64,000 bases of DNA from a bacterium UBP13_UBA5359 (GTDB lineage Bacteria > UBP13 > UBA5359): positions 270,643-334,642 of the forward strand of contig DHPR01000012.1 of NCBI GenBank assembly GCA_002410925.1. The letters run 5' to 3'. The notes under the pieces are model-generated. The model had not been told where the DNA came from. It saw only the letters and a list, made by a program, of their open reading frames with translations, and searched no databases. The translations under genes were made by a program, and so were the position numbers. Positions 1 to 9,574 of this stretch are shown one piece after another. Each line of letters begins with the position of its first letter. Within the stretch, counting starts at the first letter, position 1.

Positions 1-144
1 CAGTTCCTGCCGACGACACCCGGTATGCTGCCGCCGGCAGGACAGATAATTTATATAGCAATTTTATATTATAAAGGAGAGCCTTTATTGTTCCTAGTTT
101 GACAGGGAGATAAAGGAGCTTGGCGCTGTTAAAATCAGGATTAT

Positions 145-1137
145 CTATAGCAAGTCCAATGCCACGCCACTCAACATCTCATGACCACCCTCAAAAATGA
201 CTATCTGTATATTTTCATACGTTTTTCTATAATGAATAGCCCGTCCGCCGATACTGTCCAACATATCTGTTTTCAGCGGTGATCTTCTGGTTTCCAGCAT
301 ATATAGCATCTCTTCTAATGATACAAACGCTGCCTTATCTTTGCAGCCTAAATCGCCGATAACTTTATTGTAGAATTTCAAAGATTGCGTTATCGGGATT
401 GCGCCGGTATATCCGTCGTGTATGCCGGCATATATCCGTAGAGCAGTATTATTCTTTCTATCCATCGGCGTCTTCCAGTAATACGGAGAACGATCTCTGG
501 CCTGCCGTAAATCCAATGTTTTCGTAGAGCCGATACATTGCAGGATGTCCTTATAATATTGTAAGCCCCTTCCCCTAGTTTCTTCATACATAGCCGCCAG
601 GTTGCTGATCGGGACCCAGGCTTCTATAGACCGGATTCTATGCCTGGATTTCATAAATACACCCAAAGCAGCCATTCCTCCCCCACTAGCTCCGATCACG
701 TATACCTGCTCTGGGTCTACTGCCGCGTTTTTCATTGCATAATCGATAGCATCATCTATATCAGTCAGAACAAGATTGCTAAGACATGCTTCCGATCTCT
801 TGTTCGGACCCCGAAAATCCGGATGAATATAGTTCCAGTTCCTGCTTTTGGCTTGGGCTGCAAGCGGGCACTTCTGCTTGTAATCGCCGCTCCAGGTATG
901 TAAGCTGACAAGCAACGGTTGCTTCTCTACAGTCTGAGACTTGAAGAAATATGCCCGTTGCATCATGCCGTCCCCGGAAGAATTTATCTCTACCTCCTTG
1001 AATTCCCGTCCCCAGAAGGCAGGCCGATTATCATCCCATTCATTTGCTGAAGGCTCCTCCGCCTCTGCAGCAGAGCAAGCAAGCGTACTCAGAGTAAGAA
1101 GTCTTCCACATAACAGAAACAGCTTTCCAAACTTCAT
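145..1137 (-). CDS. Secreted alpha/beta-hydrolase (esterase / S9-peptidase-like)
   Basis: Signal-peptide-like N-terminus, SLHTWSG, PDFRG, nucleophile motif GASGGG, C-terminal FEGGHE histidine motif. Confidence 0.75.
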   Translation of the reverse strand: MKFGKLFLLCGRLLTLSTLACSAAEAEEPSANEWDDNRPAFWGREFKEVEINSSGDGMMQRAYFFKSQTVEKQPLLVSLHTWSGDYKQKCPLAAQAKSRNWNYIHPDFRGPNKRSEACLSNLVLTDIDDAIDYAMKNAAVDPEQVYVIGASGGGMAALGVFMKSRHRIRSIEAWVPISNLAAMYEETRGRGLQYYKDILQCIGSTKTLDLRQARDRSPYYWKTPMDRKNNTALRIYAGIHDGYTGAIPITQSLKFYNKVIGDLGCKDKAAFVSLEEMLYMLETRRSPLKTDMLDSIGGRAIHYRKTYENIQIVIFEGGHEMLSGVALDLL

Positions 1138-1249
1138 CTTGCAATACCTTCTTCCTTATATCGATCAATATATTGCTTCGCCGTCAATACTCTTTGCAGA
1201 TTCGATTATCACACTAAGATATCCGCTGCCATCAGCTTTACTTTTGGCA

Positions 1250-2289
1250 TTATTTTAAAACCACCACCGTGGCGGTGCTGTGTTCAGGTATGGTTAGAAG
1301 CAAACCATCCTTTTCTTTCACCAAAAGGACTTCTCTCTTATTCCGATAATGCGTTCCTAGAGTGTAGACACTTCCTACCTCCGGCCAGCCGGCAAAACAA
1401 ACTTTCAGACTCAGCGACCGCTTGATGCTGTCTCTTTCCGATATACTGCGGCGACCGCCGATCAAAGATATCACTACCTCGCCGTTGCCGACCCGGAAGA
1501 TGTTTCCTCGGCAATCTCCAGGCAGCTTGATGGGGTGGAGTTCAAGTATCCATTTTCTCCCTTTCAGCTTGCTCAGAAGTGGCAGATAAGCTTCAAAGAT
1601 CTTTTTTATCTCTTCGGAAGGATGCGGCATTACCGAGTATGAGGCTCCATAAAGGACACATTGCTGTAGCATGTCTTCTACCGCTCCAGCATCTTTGTAA
1701 TAGGTATGAAAGAGTAGCGGCTTGGCGATACAAAGGTATTTAAGCCATCGGCCACCCAGGAGGGAGGAGCCTTCGGCCATATGGCCATCAACATCCTTTT
1801 GCACCTCAATGTTGACAGGGCTGTTGCTGAAGATCAATTTGCCCTGATGATGAATCTTCTCGGTCAGCTTGCTTACAGGTGCTTCGTAACAATGCCGGAG
1901 CATATAAGCCGCTTTGTTACGATACATGGTTACTCCATCGTCGTGGACAGTGTCTACAGCATCGTAACACAACTGGTCAAGAAATATACCGTCTATCTCC
2001 GGGTACCTTTCCAGCAGCTTGTCTATCATGGACAAAACTTCTCTGCCGTAAGAAGGTGCAGGGTCAGAGTTCATCAGGCAACAGCCAATCCAGACCGGTG
2101 GATGCGTTGCGTCAGGCTGAAGGGATGCTCCGTATCGGTGAATGTCCGCCCGCATAGCTCGTCGCTGATCGAGCTATAGCCGGCACAAGCATTCCATCGG
2201 CTACCTTGACTGCCGGCCTGAGACTGGACCACCGACAGAAGAATCAACAGTATCACACCTATGATAGTTCTCGGAACTTCCAAACACAT
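1250..2289 (-). pseudogene. Probably disrupted secreted glycoside-hydrolase-like protein
   Basis: Strong RBS (AGAGGAGG) and ATG at 2289 give a signal peptide (RTIIGVILLILLSVVQSQA) in a different frame from the 1250-2155 ORF. That ORF starts mid-domain and has a TIM-barrel-like IDGIFLDQ motif; its frame is closed by TAG at 2174-2176. Confidence 0.45.
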
Positions 2290-2572
2290 CTCTTTGTTCC
2301 TCCTCTATTAGCTTATTGAACTTTATTATTAATGCGGCAATCCCATCGTCTGAAGATGCTCCTTGGTCAAAACTACTTTGCTCCTTTAGCATATCTGCCA
2401 AGGAAGAAAAAACCTTGTCCGCTCCCAGCGCCCCAGCTTGTTTCCTTATCTCTTCTGCCGAGAACTTGGTAATTTTTCCCTAAAGACCTGCCTTCTGCCC
2501 GCTTTTCATTATTACTGAAAAGCTGTTCGCTATACTTGCGTGTTGCTGATCGGCACTATAGCCGCCAAGCTG

Positions 2573-4516
2573 TTATCGGTGATAATTTAATACACAAACA
2601 GCATAGGTGTGCAATCTATCAATATGTACATGAGTTGTCTCGCGATCAAGACTTACTACCGACTTGCCGCCGACGGGGCCCAGCCCACTTGGGGAAAGAA
2701 CTTCCGCTTTTTCGATTTTACCTTTGATAGCTATCTTTACGTCTTTTGGCCTGGTATTATCATAATTGAGTAAATGAATGAATATTTCGCCATTGCTATT
2801 CTCATACGTGTCTACTGCAACAAAAGGATGCGCTTCAATATGGATAGTAGGAATGTAAATCCTATACAATACTTCCGTGATGATACCTGAGACCACAGGT
2901 ATATTCGTCTCATTTTCAAATCTGTTGGCCTTTTCATTCCTTTCATTATGCTTTTCAGGAGTTCCTTTCAGATGGACAACATTAGCCTGTGCAAAGAATT
3001 TTTTCAGAAGCCCTTGGCTGTGGCTAAGAAAATGCTCGTCATAACGGCAGGCTTCTCCGGTAGCGATAATATGCCCTCTCTCCAGAAAACGTTCAAAACA
3101 TTCCATCTGCCTTCTGCTTACCAATCGCATGTTAGGCACAAGCAGAACCTCGATATCATTCATAAGCTCCTCTTCATCCCGATCAATAAATCGAAACGGC
3201 ACTTTATTGGTCAGGAGAATCTGTACAAGGCCGTGCAAAGAGGCTCCGCTTTCCTGGCAATCAGATATAAGAGACGACCTGTTAATATATATGCCTACTC
3301 GCGCATTGCTTTTTGCTTCCCGGTAAATTCTGCCTTCATAACGCTTTAGAAAATCGCTAACGTTACGGAGAGCTTCCAGAAAGTGAGGACGCTCGTAAAG
3401 AGCCCTCTTCCCATCTATTCGCATGCCCCAAGTAGTACAGACCACATTGCCGCCAAAACAGAGGGCTTCGCACATTGACAGGGCACATTCCTCCAGGCTG
3501 CTCGGCCAACGCATGCTTCCATCCTCATTATGTAGATGATGAGAAGGGTAGACCCTGAAAGCATTGGCTTGCGCATGCTTGTAAAGAATAACCTGATGCC
3601 GGATACTATTATCGACAATAGCAGGAAACATCGGATTCTCAGCGCATACCAGATGATGCGTTTCGCCCAGATCCGGTGGGTAGACATGACGTATAGATAG
3701 TTCCTCCAAGCTTCTTCCCAGGGCGGGATTACCGCCCAAAACGGCATCCGGTTTTATGGAGAGCACCTTTCTTGATATCTCTCGCATAATCTCCTGACGC
3801 TGTTCTTGCCTGAACCGAACCATAGACGCCCAGAGAGGATCTCGATGATATGCATTAGGATTATTAGGAACAAATGATATTCCTTCCAGAGTAGGAATAC
3901 CAAAAATCCGGCGTACATCCTTCTCATCAAAGTTGCTCTTCAAATAATTACGAAATAACTTTAGACAATTCTCGCAATAGCATCCTTTATAGTAATCATT
4001 ATCCAGGCGTATGCCGTCCAAATCACAGTAAGATAAGCCTAATTCCACCCCGTCAAGATAATATTGTCTAACTTTATCATATGAAAAACAGAGAGAAGGA
4101 CGGTTGTAATAGTATTTTCTGACATTTCCATTACTATCTATCTGCAGGCAATCCTTAGCCCAGGGATTCTCAAGAAAGAACAACTCTGATTGTACGGAAA
4201 AAAACTGAAAATAGCCCAAAACCTTCAAGCCCACTGCATGGGCATTTTCTACCAGTTTTTTTGTAAGTTCAATCTCCTCTCGTTCTCCCTTAAAACCAAA
4301 CCCATAAATAAAATGTGTTTCCAGGAGCGTATATCCGGCTTCGGCTATTCGCGCAAGAGCTTCTCTTTCATGCATACTCTCATACCAACGCTGCCACTCC
4401 GCAGTTGATTGGTCTACAAGCCCCATGACATTAACACGAGACCTTCTGCTGTATTGGCCGGTATAATGGAATCCCATTATCATAACCGGTGGAACTTCAA
4501 GCAGACGCGCTTTCAT
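2573..4516 (-). CDS. Putative glycoside hydrolase (GH42/GHL-like TIM barrel plus class I glutamine-amidotransferase-like trimerisation domain)
   Basis: LVENAHAVGLKVLGYF, DGIRLDND, CYCENC metal motif, VPFRFID...VLLVPN...IIATGE domain, C-terminal IHLLNYD beta domain. Confidence 0.6.
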   Translation of the reverse strand: MKARLLEVPPVMIMGFHYTGQYSRRSRVNVMGLVDQSTAEWQRWYESMHEREALARIAEAGYTLLETHFIYGFGFKGEREEIELTKKLVENAHAVGLKVLGYFQFFSVQSELFFLENPWAKDCLQIDSNGNVRKYYYNRPSLCFSYDKVRQYYLDGVELGLSYCDLDGIRLDNDYYKGCYCENCLKLFRNYLKSNFDEKDVRRIFGIPTLEGISFVPNNPNAYHRDPLWASMVRFRQEQRQEIMREISRKVLSIKPDAVLGGNPALGRSLEELSIRHVYPPDLGETHHLVCAENPMFPAIVDNSIRHQVILYKHAQANAFRVYPSHHLHNEDGSMRWPSSLEECALSMCEALCFGGNVVCTTWGMRIDGKRALYERPHFLEALRNVSDFLKRYEGRIYREAKSNARVGIYINRSSLISDCQESGASLHGLVQILLTNKVPFRFIDRDEEELMNDIEVLLVPNMRLVSRRQMECFERFLERGHIIATGEACRYDEHFLSHSQGLLKKFFAQANVVHLKGTPEKHNERNEKANRFENETNIPVVSGIITEVLYRIYIPTIHIEAHPFVAVDTYENSNGEIFIHLLNYDNTRPKDVKIAIKGKIEKAEVLSPSGLGPVGGKSVVSLDRETTHVHIDRLHTYAVCVLNYHR

Positions 4517-5675
4517 TATTACCCTCCCACAAAGACTTAAGATTGATTATGTGGAGAGACGGAGAAAAGCCATCCGTTTCTCCCAAATATAGCCGGCCTT
4601 CAAAACAACACGAGGCATGAAAGTAACATCTCTCGTAAGTATTATTGACCTGGCCGTAATCCGTGACGCTTCCGGTACCGGGGTCTAACCGGAATAGGCG
4701 CATATGCGGATAACCTGCGCCTATCCAGATATATCCCTCCTCATCCTCATCCATAGAAGTAATCCTGCCGCCATATCCCATTTTCGCTATGAGCTCAAAC
4801 TCTTCCCCCAAATAATGAAAATGAAACAAGCGGCCGTCACATGTTCCCATATACATTCGGCCTTCACGAGTTACTATCCACTGATCTATTCCCTGATTGC
4901 CGGCTATCTTGGATCCTATATCCGGGAGAATAATCTTTTCCAGATGTTCCAATCGATTTCTATCAGGATCAAACCTGAGCAATTTCAGAGAACCGTCTGA
5001 TTTATCCTGCCAGCCACCATAACATATTCCCTCCGGCGTGATCGTCATATTATGGTGAGCGTAATCGGAAATACGCCCGAAATCCTTAAGGATACCACTG
5101 TCCACATCTAGAAAGAAAAAATGGTTATCGGGAAGCGTATGCCCAAAGGCCCTGTGTCTGACACCATCAACAATCATCGATTGTACGTAAAGGTACTGCG
5201 GCAACAGAGAGATGATCTTTTGGGTCCCGTCGTGCGGTTGATAGCGAACAATCCTTCCTCCGATATCTCTTGCCGTTCTATCCCAATGCTCCAGGCTTTC
5301 AAGGCAATAATCCGTATATTTTGCTTCAGGAAAACCCTGTGCCCTCTTTCTTGCCAGCATGCGCTCTGGAAGCTCTCTATTAAAGTAGCTGACCGTTACA
5401 GGCAGACCATCCCAGGTAAAATGATTCCCTTCACCCAGAAGCAGACTGCCGTCGTCTAGCATGCCCATAGCATTATGGATCTTAGTACAATATCCTTTGC
5501 CGGCAACCCAGGGAAAAAGCTTATCCATAACCGTTATTTCATTCCTGTCGATATCATAAACAGCTAATGCATTAGGACCGCCGGTAAGTCCCAAGTATAT
5601 CCTCCGGCCTGCTCTGACCATAGATGTAATTGCAATAGCGTACCTTTCCCTAACATATAATTCACAACTCTCCAC
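4497..5675 (-). CDS. Beta-propeller repeat protein of unknown function
   Basis: Repeated blade-like motifs (GRRIYLG, GSLLLG, GRMYMGT, GYIWIG, GRLYLG); GTG start with AGGAG RBS; overlaps the next gene. Confidence 0.6.
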   Translation of the reverse strand: MESCELYVRERYAIAITSMVRAGRRIYLGLTGGPNALAVYDIDRNEITVMDKLFPWVAGKGYCTKIHNAMGMLDDGSLLLGEGNHFTWDGLPVTVSYFNRELPERMLARKRAQGFPEAKYTDYCLESLEHWDRTARDIGGRIVRYQPHDGTQKIISLLPQYLYVQSMIVDGVRHRAFGHTLPDNHFFFLDVDSGILKDFGRISDYAHHNMTITPEGICYGGWQDKSDGSLKLLRFDPDRNRLEHLEKIILPDIGSKIAGNQGIDQWIVTREGRMYMGTCDGRLFHFHYLGEEFELIAKMGYGGRITSMDEDEEGYIWIGAGYPHMRLFRLDPGTGSVTDYGQVNNTYERCYFHASCCFEGRLYLGETDGFSPSLHIINLKSLWEGNNESASA

Positions 5676-5746
5676 GTCGCCACGCTCCTAGTTCACGGTG
5701 ATCACTCTACCATAATAACGTTTCGCCAAGGCCGATCACAGCACCT

Positions 5747-5767
5747 TTTTACATCAATGATGTAAAA
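5747..5767. promoter_or_regulatory. Perfect palindromic operator TTTTACATCA-A-TGATGTAAAA
   Basis: 10-1-10 inverted repeat just downstream of a leftward promoter. Confidence 0.65.
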
Positions 5768-5784
5768 TTATATTATATAGCTGT

Positions 5785-5813
5785 ATTTTATTACTCGCAT
5801 GCCTCTTTGTCAA
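5785..5813 (-). promoter_or_regulatory. Sigma70/SigA promoter for the leftward carbohydrate operon
   Basis: TTGACA-N17-TAAAAT on the minus strand. Confidence 0.7.
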
Positions 5814-6009
5814 GCTTGTAACGCTTAACATAGCAGCCCTTCTGAAGATTGCCGTAGCAATCATAAAAACACGGAAAGGATTAACAGTCTTGTATTTACT
5901 CCCTTGTCTATGCTATTTTATACCAATAGTGTCCTGTTCTTCTTTGGCGAATGGTAACCTTATTTGGCAGGCATTATCCGAACATTTCATATGGAGGTTG
6001 GCAATCATC

Positions 6010-7227
6010 ATGGATAAATTACGAATAGGCATTGTGGGCGTCGGCTTCAGAGGCAAGGATGCCTTCGGGCGAATGCTGTCCGAAAGAACCGATGCGGAGA
6101 TAGCTGCCCTGTGCGATACCAACTCTTTGCGAATGGGCGCTGCCAAGGCGCTTCTGGGCTGTGACTGCAACTGCTACACCTCCGTCGAACAGATACTTGG
6201 CGATACGGCTCTGGACGGCATCATCATCACCACCCCTGATCATACGCATGAAGCCATAGCCATGGCGGCCATAGAGAGCGGCAAACATATCCTGGTAGAC
6301 AAACCTCTGGCTATCACTGCCGCCGGTTGCCTGCGCATCATAAATGCCGCCCGCAGCCGCAACCTGGAGGTAACGGTAGGCTTCAATCTGAGGCATGTGC
6401 CGGTGCTGAAGAAGATCAAGGATATTATCGACAATGGTGATCTCGGAGAACTCATGGCCATTGAGAATCGGGAGTTCTATGACGGCGGGCGTACTTACAT
6501 GTCCCGCTGGAACAGGCGCTCGGAGTTGTCCGGCGGTCTGTGGATACACAAAGGCTCTCACGATTTCGATATTATGAACTGGTGGAACCCCGGCGGACTT
6601 CCGGTGCGTGTCAGCGCCTTTGCCGGCCTGAACGCTTTGAGAGAGGATAAGCTGCCGTTTGAAGTCAGGGAAGACGTTCCCGTCGGGCCATATTGCTCTA
6701 ATTGCGCTTACAGTGAAAAATGCCCGGATTGCTTTCCCCGGCAAGCGGAAACCTATAACAGCCAAACAGCGGAGATCGACGGCTATCTGCCGGACCTCTG
6801 CATGTTCACCTCTGATAAGGATACGCACGATAACGGCATAGCTTTGGTGGAGTATGACAACAACGTTCGTGTCAGCCATCTGGAGTGTTTTGTTTCCAAC
6901 TTCAGTGACCGTCTATATACGATCATCGGTGATAAAGGCGTGTTGACTGCCTCCCTGAACAATCCTACGGCCGTGGAACTGCGGCCCAGATGGGGCTCTG
7001 AAGACAAATTGATTCACGTTCCGCCTGCCGGAGAGGGTGGACATGGAGGTTCCGATCCTTCCCTGCTGGCTGATTTTCTGAATAGCATAAGAACCGGCGC
7101 CAGGACCAGGGCCACCGGTCGTGACGGCATTCTGTCCGTAGCTGTAGGCCAAGCGGCCGAAGTCTCCTGGCGGGAGCACCGCACCGTAGAGATCAGTGAA
7201 TTGGTGGATTTAACAGCGCTGCTTTAA
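6010..7227 (+). CDS. Gfo/Idh/MocA family oxidoreductase
   Basis: IGIVGVGFRG Rossmann motif, DKP, HKGSHDFD, GHGGSD; start set at ATG 6010 after GGAGG. Confidence 0.9.
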   Translation: MDKLRIGIVGVGFRGKDAFGRMLSERTDAEIAALCDTNSLRMGAAKALLGCDCNCYTSVEQILGDTALDGIIITTPDHTHEAIAMAAIESGKHILVDKPLAITAAGCLRIINAARSRNLEVTVGFNLRHVPVLKKIKDIIDNGDLGELMAIENREFYDGGRTYMSRWNRRSELSGGLWIHKGSHDFDIMNWWNPGGLPVRVSAFAGLNALREDKLPFEVREDVPVGPYCSNCAYSEKCPDCFPRQAETYNSQTAEIDGYLPDLCMFTSDKDTHDNGIALVEYDNNVRVSHLECFVSNFSDRLYTIIGDKGVLTASLNNPTAVELRPRWGSEDKLIHVPPAGEGGHGGSDPSLLADFLNSIRTGARTRATGRDGILSVAVGQAAEVSWREHRTVEISELVDLTALL

Positions 7228-8108
7228 AGCAACTCATCGCTCAATCTGCCGAAGTCTGCGGGTGATAACTCCTCCGGCCGGGCTTTAGATGGTATGCCGA
7301 CTGCCTGCATCGCCTGGGCGATTTGCTCTTTGGCCATATCCAGGTTATCTGCCAGGCTATTGGCCAGTATCTTTCGACGCTGCTGAAAAGCCCCTCTGAC
7401 CACTTTAAAGAAGAACATCTCATCCCTAACCGACACCGAAGGCTGAGGCAGCATGTCCAGGCGAATCACTGCTGAGGAGACTTTTGGCAAGGGCATAAAG
7501 GCTCCGGGGGATACCGTCATGATACGCCGCACAGCGGCACGATAAGCCACGGCCACTGTCAGGGCACCGTAATCCTTCTTTCCAGGTTTTGCCTGCAAAC
7601 GATCGGCAACTTCGCGTTGAATCATCAATACCGCCCGGGGTATCAGGTTATGGTATGCCAACAGCTTAATAATAATGGGAGTAGAGATGTTATAAGGAAT
7701 ATTTCCCAGGACTATAGCCGGATGACCGCTGAATTCCCGCTGCCAAAGCTCTTCCCAATCCAGCCTCAGGATATCTCCCTCCACCAGCACCAGATTTCCA
7801 GCTTCGCCCAGTTCGTGCCGCAGCACCTCCAGCATAGTCCTGTCCAGCTCTACCGCCACCACCCTGGCAGCGCAATCCAACAACTCTGCCGTCAGTGTTC
7901 CCAGCCCGGGTCCTATCTCCATCACCCGGTCTGTTCGATCGATTTCCGCAGCTTCCATTATTTTATGAAGAACGTTGCGGTCTATCAGGAAGTTCTGGCC
8001 GAATCGCTTGCTGGCTCGCAGATTATAATACATTAGCAAGCGCTTTGTTCTGGCTGCAAGAGATTCTCTCCGGACCCTACCGGCTATCTGTCTTCGTCCA
8101 TTATCCAA
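7224..8108 (-). CDS. rsmA: 16S rRNA adenine dimethyltransferase KsgA
   Basis: FGQNFL, EIGPGLG, NIPYNIS, QREVADRL, F-P-PKV-S motifs. Confidence 0.97.
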   Translation of the reverse strand: MDNGRRQIAGRVRRESLAARTKRLLMYYNLRASKRFGQNFLIDRNVLHKIMEAAEIDRTDRVMEIGPGLGTLTAELLDCAARVVAVELDRTMLEVLRHELGEAGNLVLVEGDILRLDWEELWQREFSGHPAIVLGNIPYNISTPIIIKLLAYHNLIPRAVLMIQREVADRLQAKPGKKDYGALTVAVAYRAAVRRIMTVSPGAFMPLPKVSSAVIRLDMLPQPSVSVRDEMFFFKVVRGAFQQRRKILANSLADNLDMAKEQIAQAMQAVGIPSKARPEELSPADFGRLSDELL

Positions 8109-8145
8109 TTACAATCAGCCCGCCTTCCCGGCACAGCCTTTTCAA

Positions 8146-8180
8146 GACAAAGACCCCCGCAGAGAGCGGAGGTCTTTGTC
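8146..8180 (-). terminator. Probable intrinsic terminator / stem-loop after the yabE-like gene
   Basis: 15-bp stem GACAAAGACCTCCGC/GCGGGGGTCTTTGTC (one G-U pair on the minus strand), 5-nt loop; the U-tract is weak. Confidence 0.6.
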
Positions 8181-8200
8181 AGTGCTTGTAAAGAACCCTT

Positions 8201-9220
8201 TCACTCTATGATGTAGACCTTTACCTTACGCCGGCCAAAATTGAGCGCCTCACGACGGGTATCGAATCCCAGATCTATGCGTCTCCCTTTAATGGCGCCG
8301 CCGACATCGCCGGCAGTGGCGTAGCCATAGCCTTCTATATAGAGGCGGCTGCGCATCGGTATAACGTTGGGATCAACGGCTACTACGCCGTATCCGGCCT
8401 TCAACCCGATAGAGGTATACCCGTCGGCATAACGGCCGCAACTACCGGGACCGGGATCATATCCCGTAGCCTGCATGACCATCATGCGGCCTTCTCCGGT
8501 ATATCCTCTGGTAGAGCGGGAGGAGCGTGAAGCTCTCGTGCCGATGGCCATAACCCTCTTTTGGGGTTGCACTGCTACCTTGCGTGAGACCAGCTTGCGT
8601 AAAGTTTCTACTCCGTCACGCGTATAGACTATATAACTCTTCTCCATTACGCCATCGGCCCCCTGGCTGATAACCTTGCTTTGACCTCGCACCAAGCTGC
8701 TGTCACGCTTGAAAATAGTTTGCGCCTTGATAGGCGTGGTAGAGATAACGGTCTTCTTATCTACGCGGACGATACGCACCAACAGCCCTGTTTTCAGCGG
8801 CTCTGAGGGTGCAGGGCAGACCCTATCATATTTACCCAGCTCAATGTTCTGTTCCGCCAACAGCTCTCTTACCGTTCTGCCGTCGGTCAGCAAGCTTTTT
8901 TCCTTACCGTCAACGCTTATCGTTACCGGCAGAGCTACTCGCCCCAGGGCCTCTTCCAGAGCTACTGGAAGAGCTTCGATTAATTTTGTGGATCCTGTAT
9001 CGGCATTTGCAATATCGATTACAAACAGCCCGAGCATTCTTTCGGCCTTACAATGCCCGTGCTCTTCAAAAGTCTTCTTTTCCGCTATATCACTTACCGT
9101 TCCCTGGACCCAGATTCGTCCGGCCATAAAAAGCACTACACTTAGCACCATTAGACAGGCTGCAGCGCTCTGATGCAGCTGCCTAATAGTATCGTGGCCG
9201 GGAGTGGGTTCCACTTTCAT
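8201..9220 (-). CDS. YabE/Sps-like cell-wall protein (DUF348 + G5 + 3D domain)
   Basis: N-terminal TM segment, TVRELL...D-V-P DUF348 repeat, G5 region (QGADG), 3D domain ATGY, VAVDPNVIP, GDVGGAIKG-RIDL; sits upstream of rsmA. Confidence 0.88.
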   Translation of the reverse strand: MKVEPTPGHDTIRQLHQSAAACLMVLSVVLFMAGRIWVQGTVSDIAEKKTFEEHGHCKAERMLGLFVIDIANADTGSTKLIEALPVALEEALGRVALPVTISVDGKEKSLLTDGRTVRELLAEQNIELGKYDRVCPAPSEPLKTGLLVRIVRVDKKTVISTTPIKAQTIFKRDSSLVRGQSKVISQGADGVMEKSYIVYTRDGVETLRKLVSRKVAVQPQKRVMAIGTRASRSSRSTRGYTGEGRMMVMQATGYDPGPGSCGRYADGYTSIGLKAGYGVVAVDPNVIPMRSRLYIEGYGYATAGDVGGAIKGRRIDLGFDTRREALNFGRRKVKVYIIE

Positions 9221-9275
9221 CGGATCACCCCCCTGAATTTTTAATTGTGCCCTCACCAGGGCACAATTTATATAA

Positions 9276-9302
9276 CTTCGACATCTTCGCCAGGAATCCT
9301 GC
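9276..9302 (-). promoter_or_regulatory. SigH-like promoter of the yabE-like gene
   Basis: GCAGGA-N17-GAAG (GCAGGATTCCTGGCGAAGATGTCGAAG), matching the AGGA-N17-GAAT SigH consensus spacing. Confidence 0.5.
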
Positions 9303-9574
9303 CTGGAAAGCGATTTTGCTTCTGCTATGGGAGTGTACGAGCATGTATTCGCCGGTGTGCAAAGCTGCAGAATTCATACCGAATCAGCATCATATATGCC
9401 TGTTGCCCGCGAAAAAGAGCACCCTTCAGCTGTGATGGAAGAGCTTATCCATATTTGACATTTCTAGATTTTCTTCAGCCTGCAGGCAGGCGTCCGGCAG
9501 TTCTACTCTCCAGAGATGGCTGAAATAGCTTCGGCTGCCCGATTTGCCCTTGCTTTATAAGGAGAGTGCCTTTA

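Noticed and set aside
1-144. Start of a further minus-strand gene at the window edge
   Set aside because: Too little sequence to support a call
6019-6879. Long antisense ORF (also 17420-18049, 31036-31722, 42644-43381, 56396-57142, 61054-61884)
   Set aside because: Shadow frames of well-supported genes with no protein motifs
9257-9574. c-di-AMP (ydaO) riboswitch expected upstream of a 3D/Rpf-like gene
   Set aside because: No recognisable ydaO consensus segments on the minus strand
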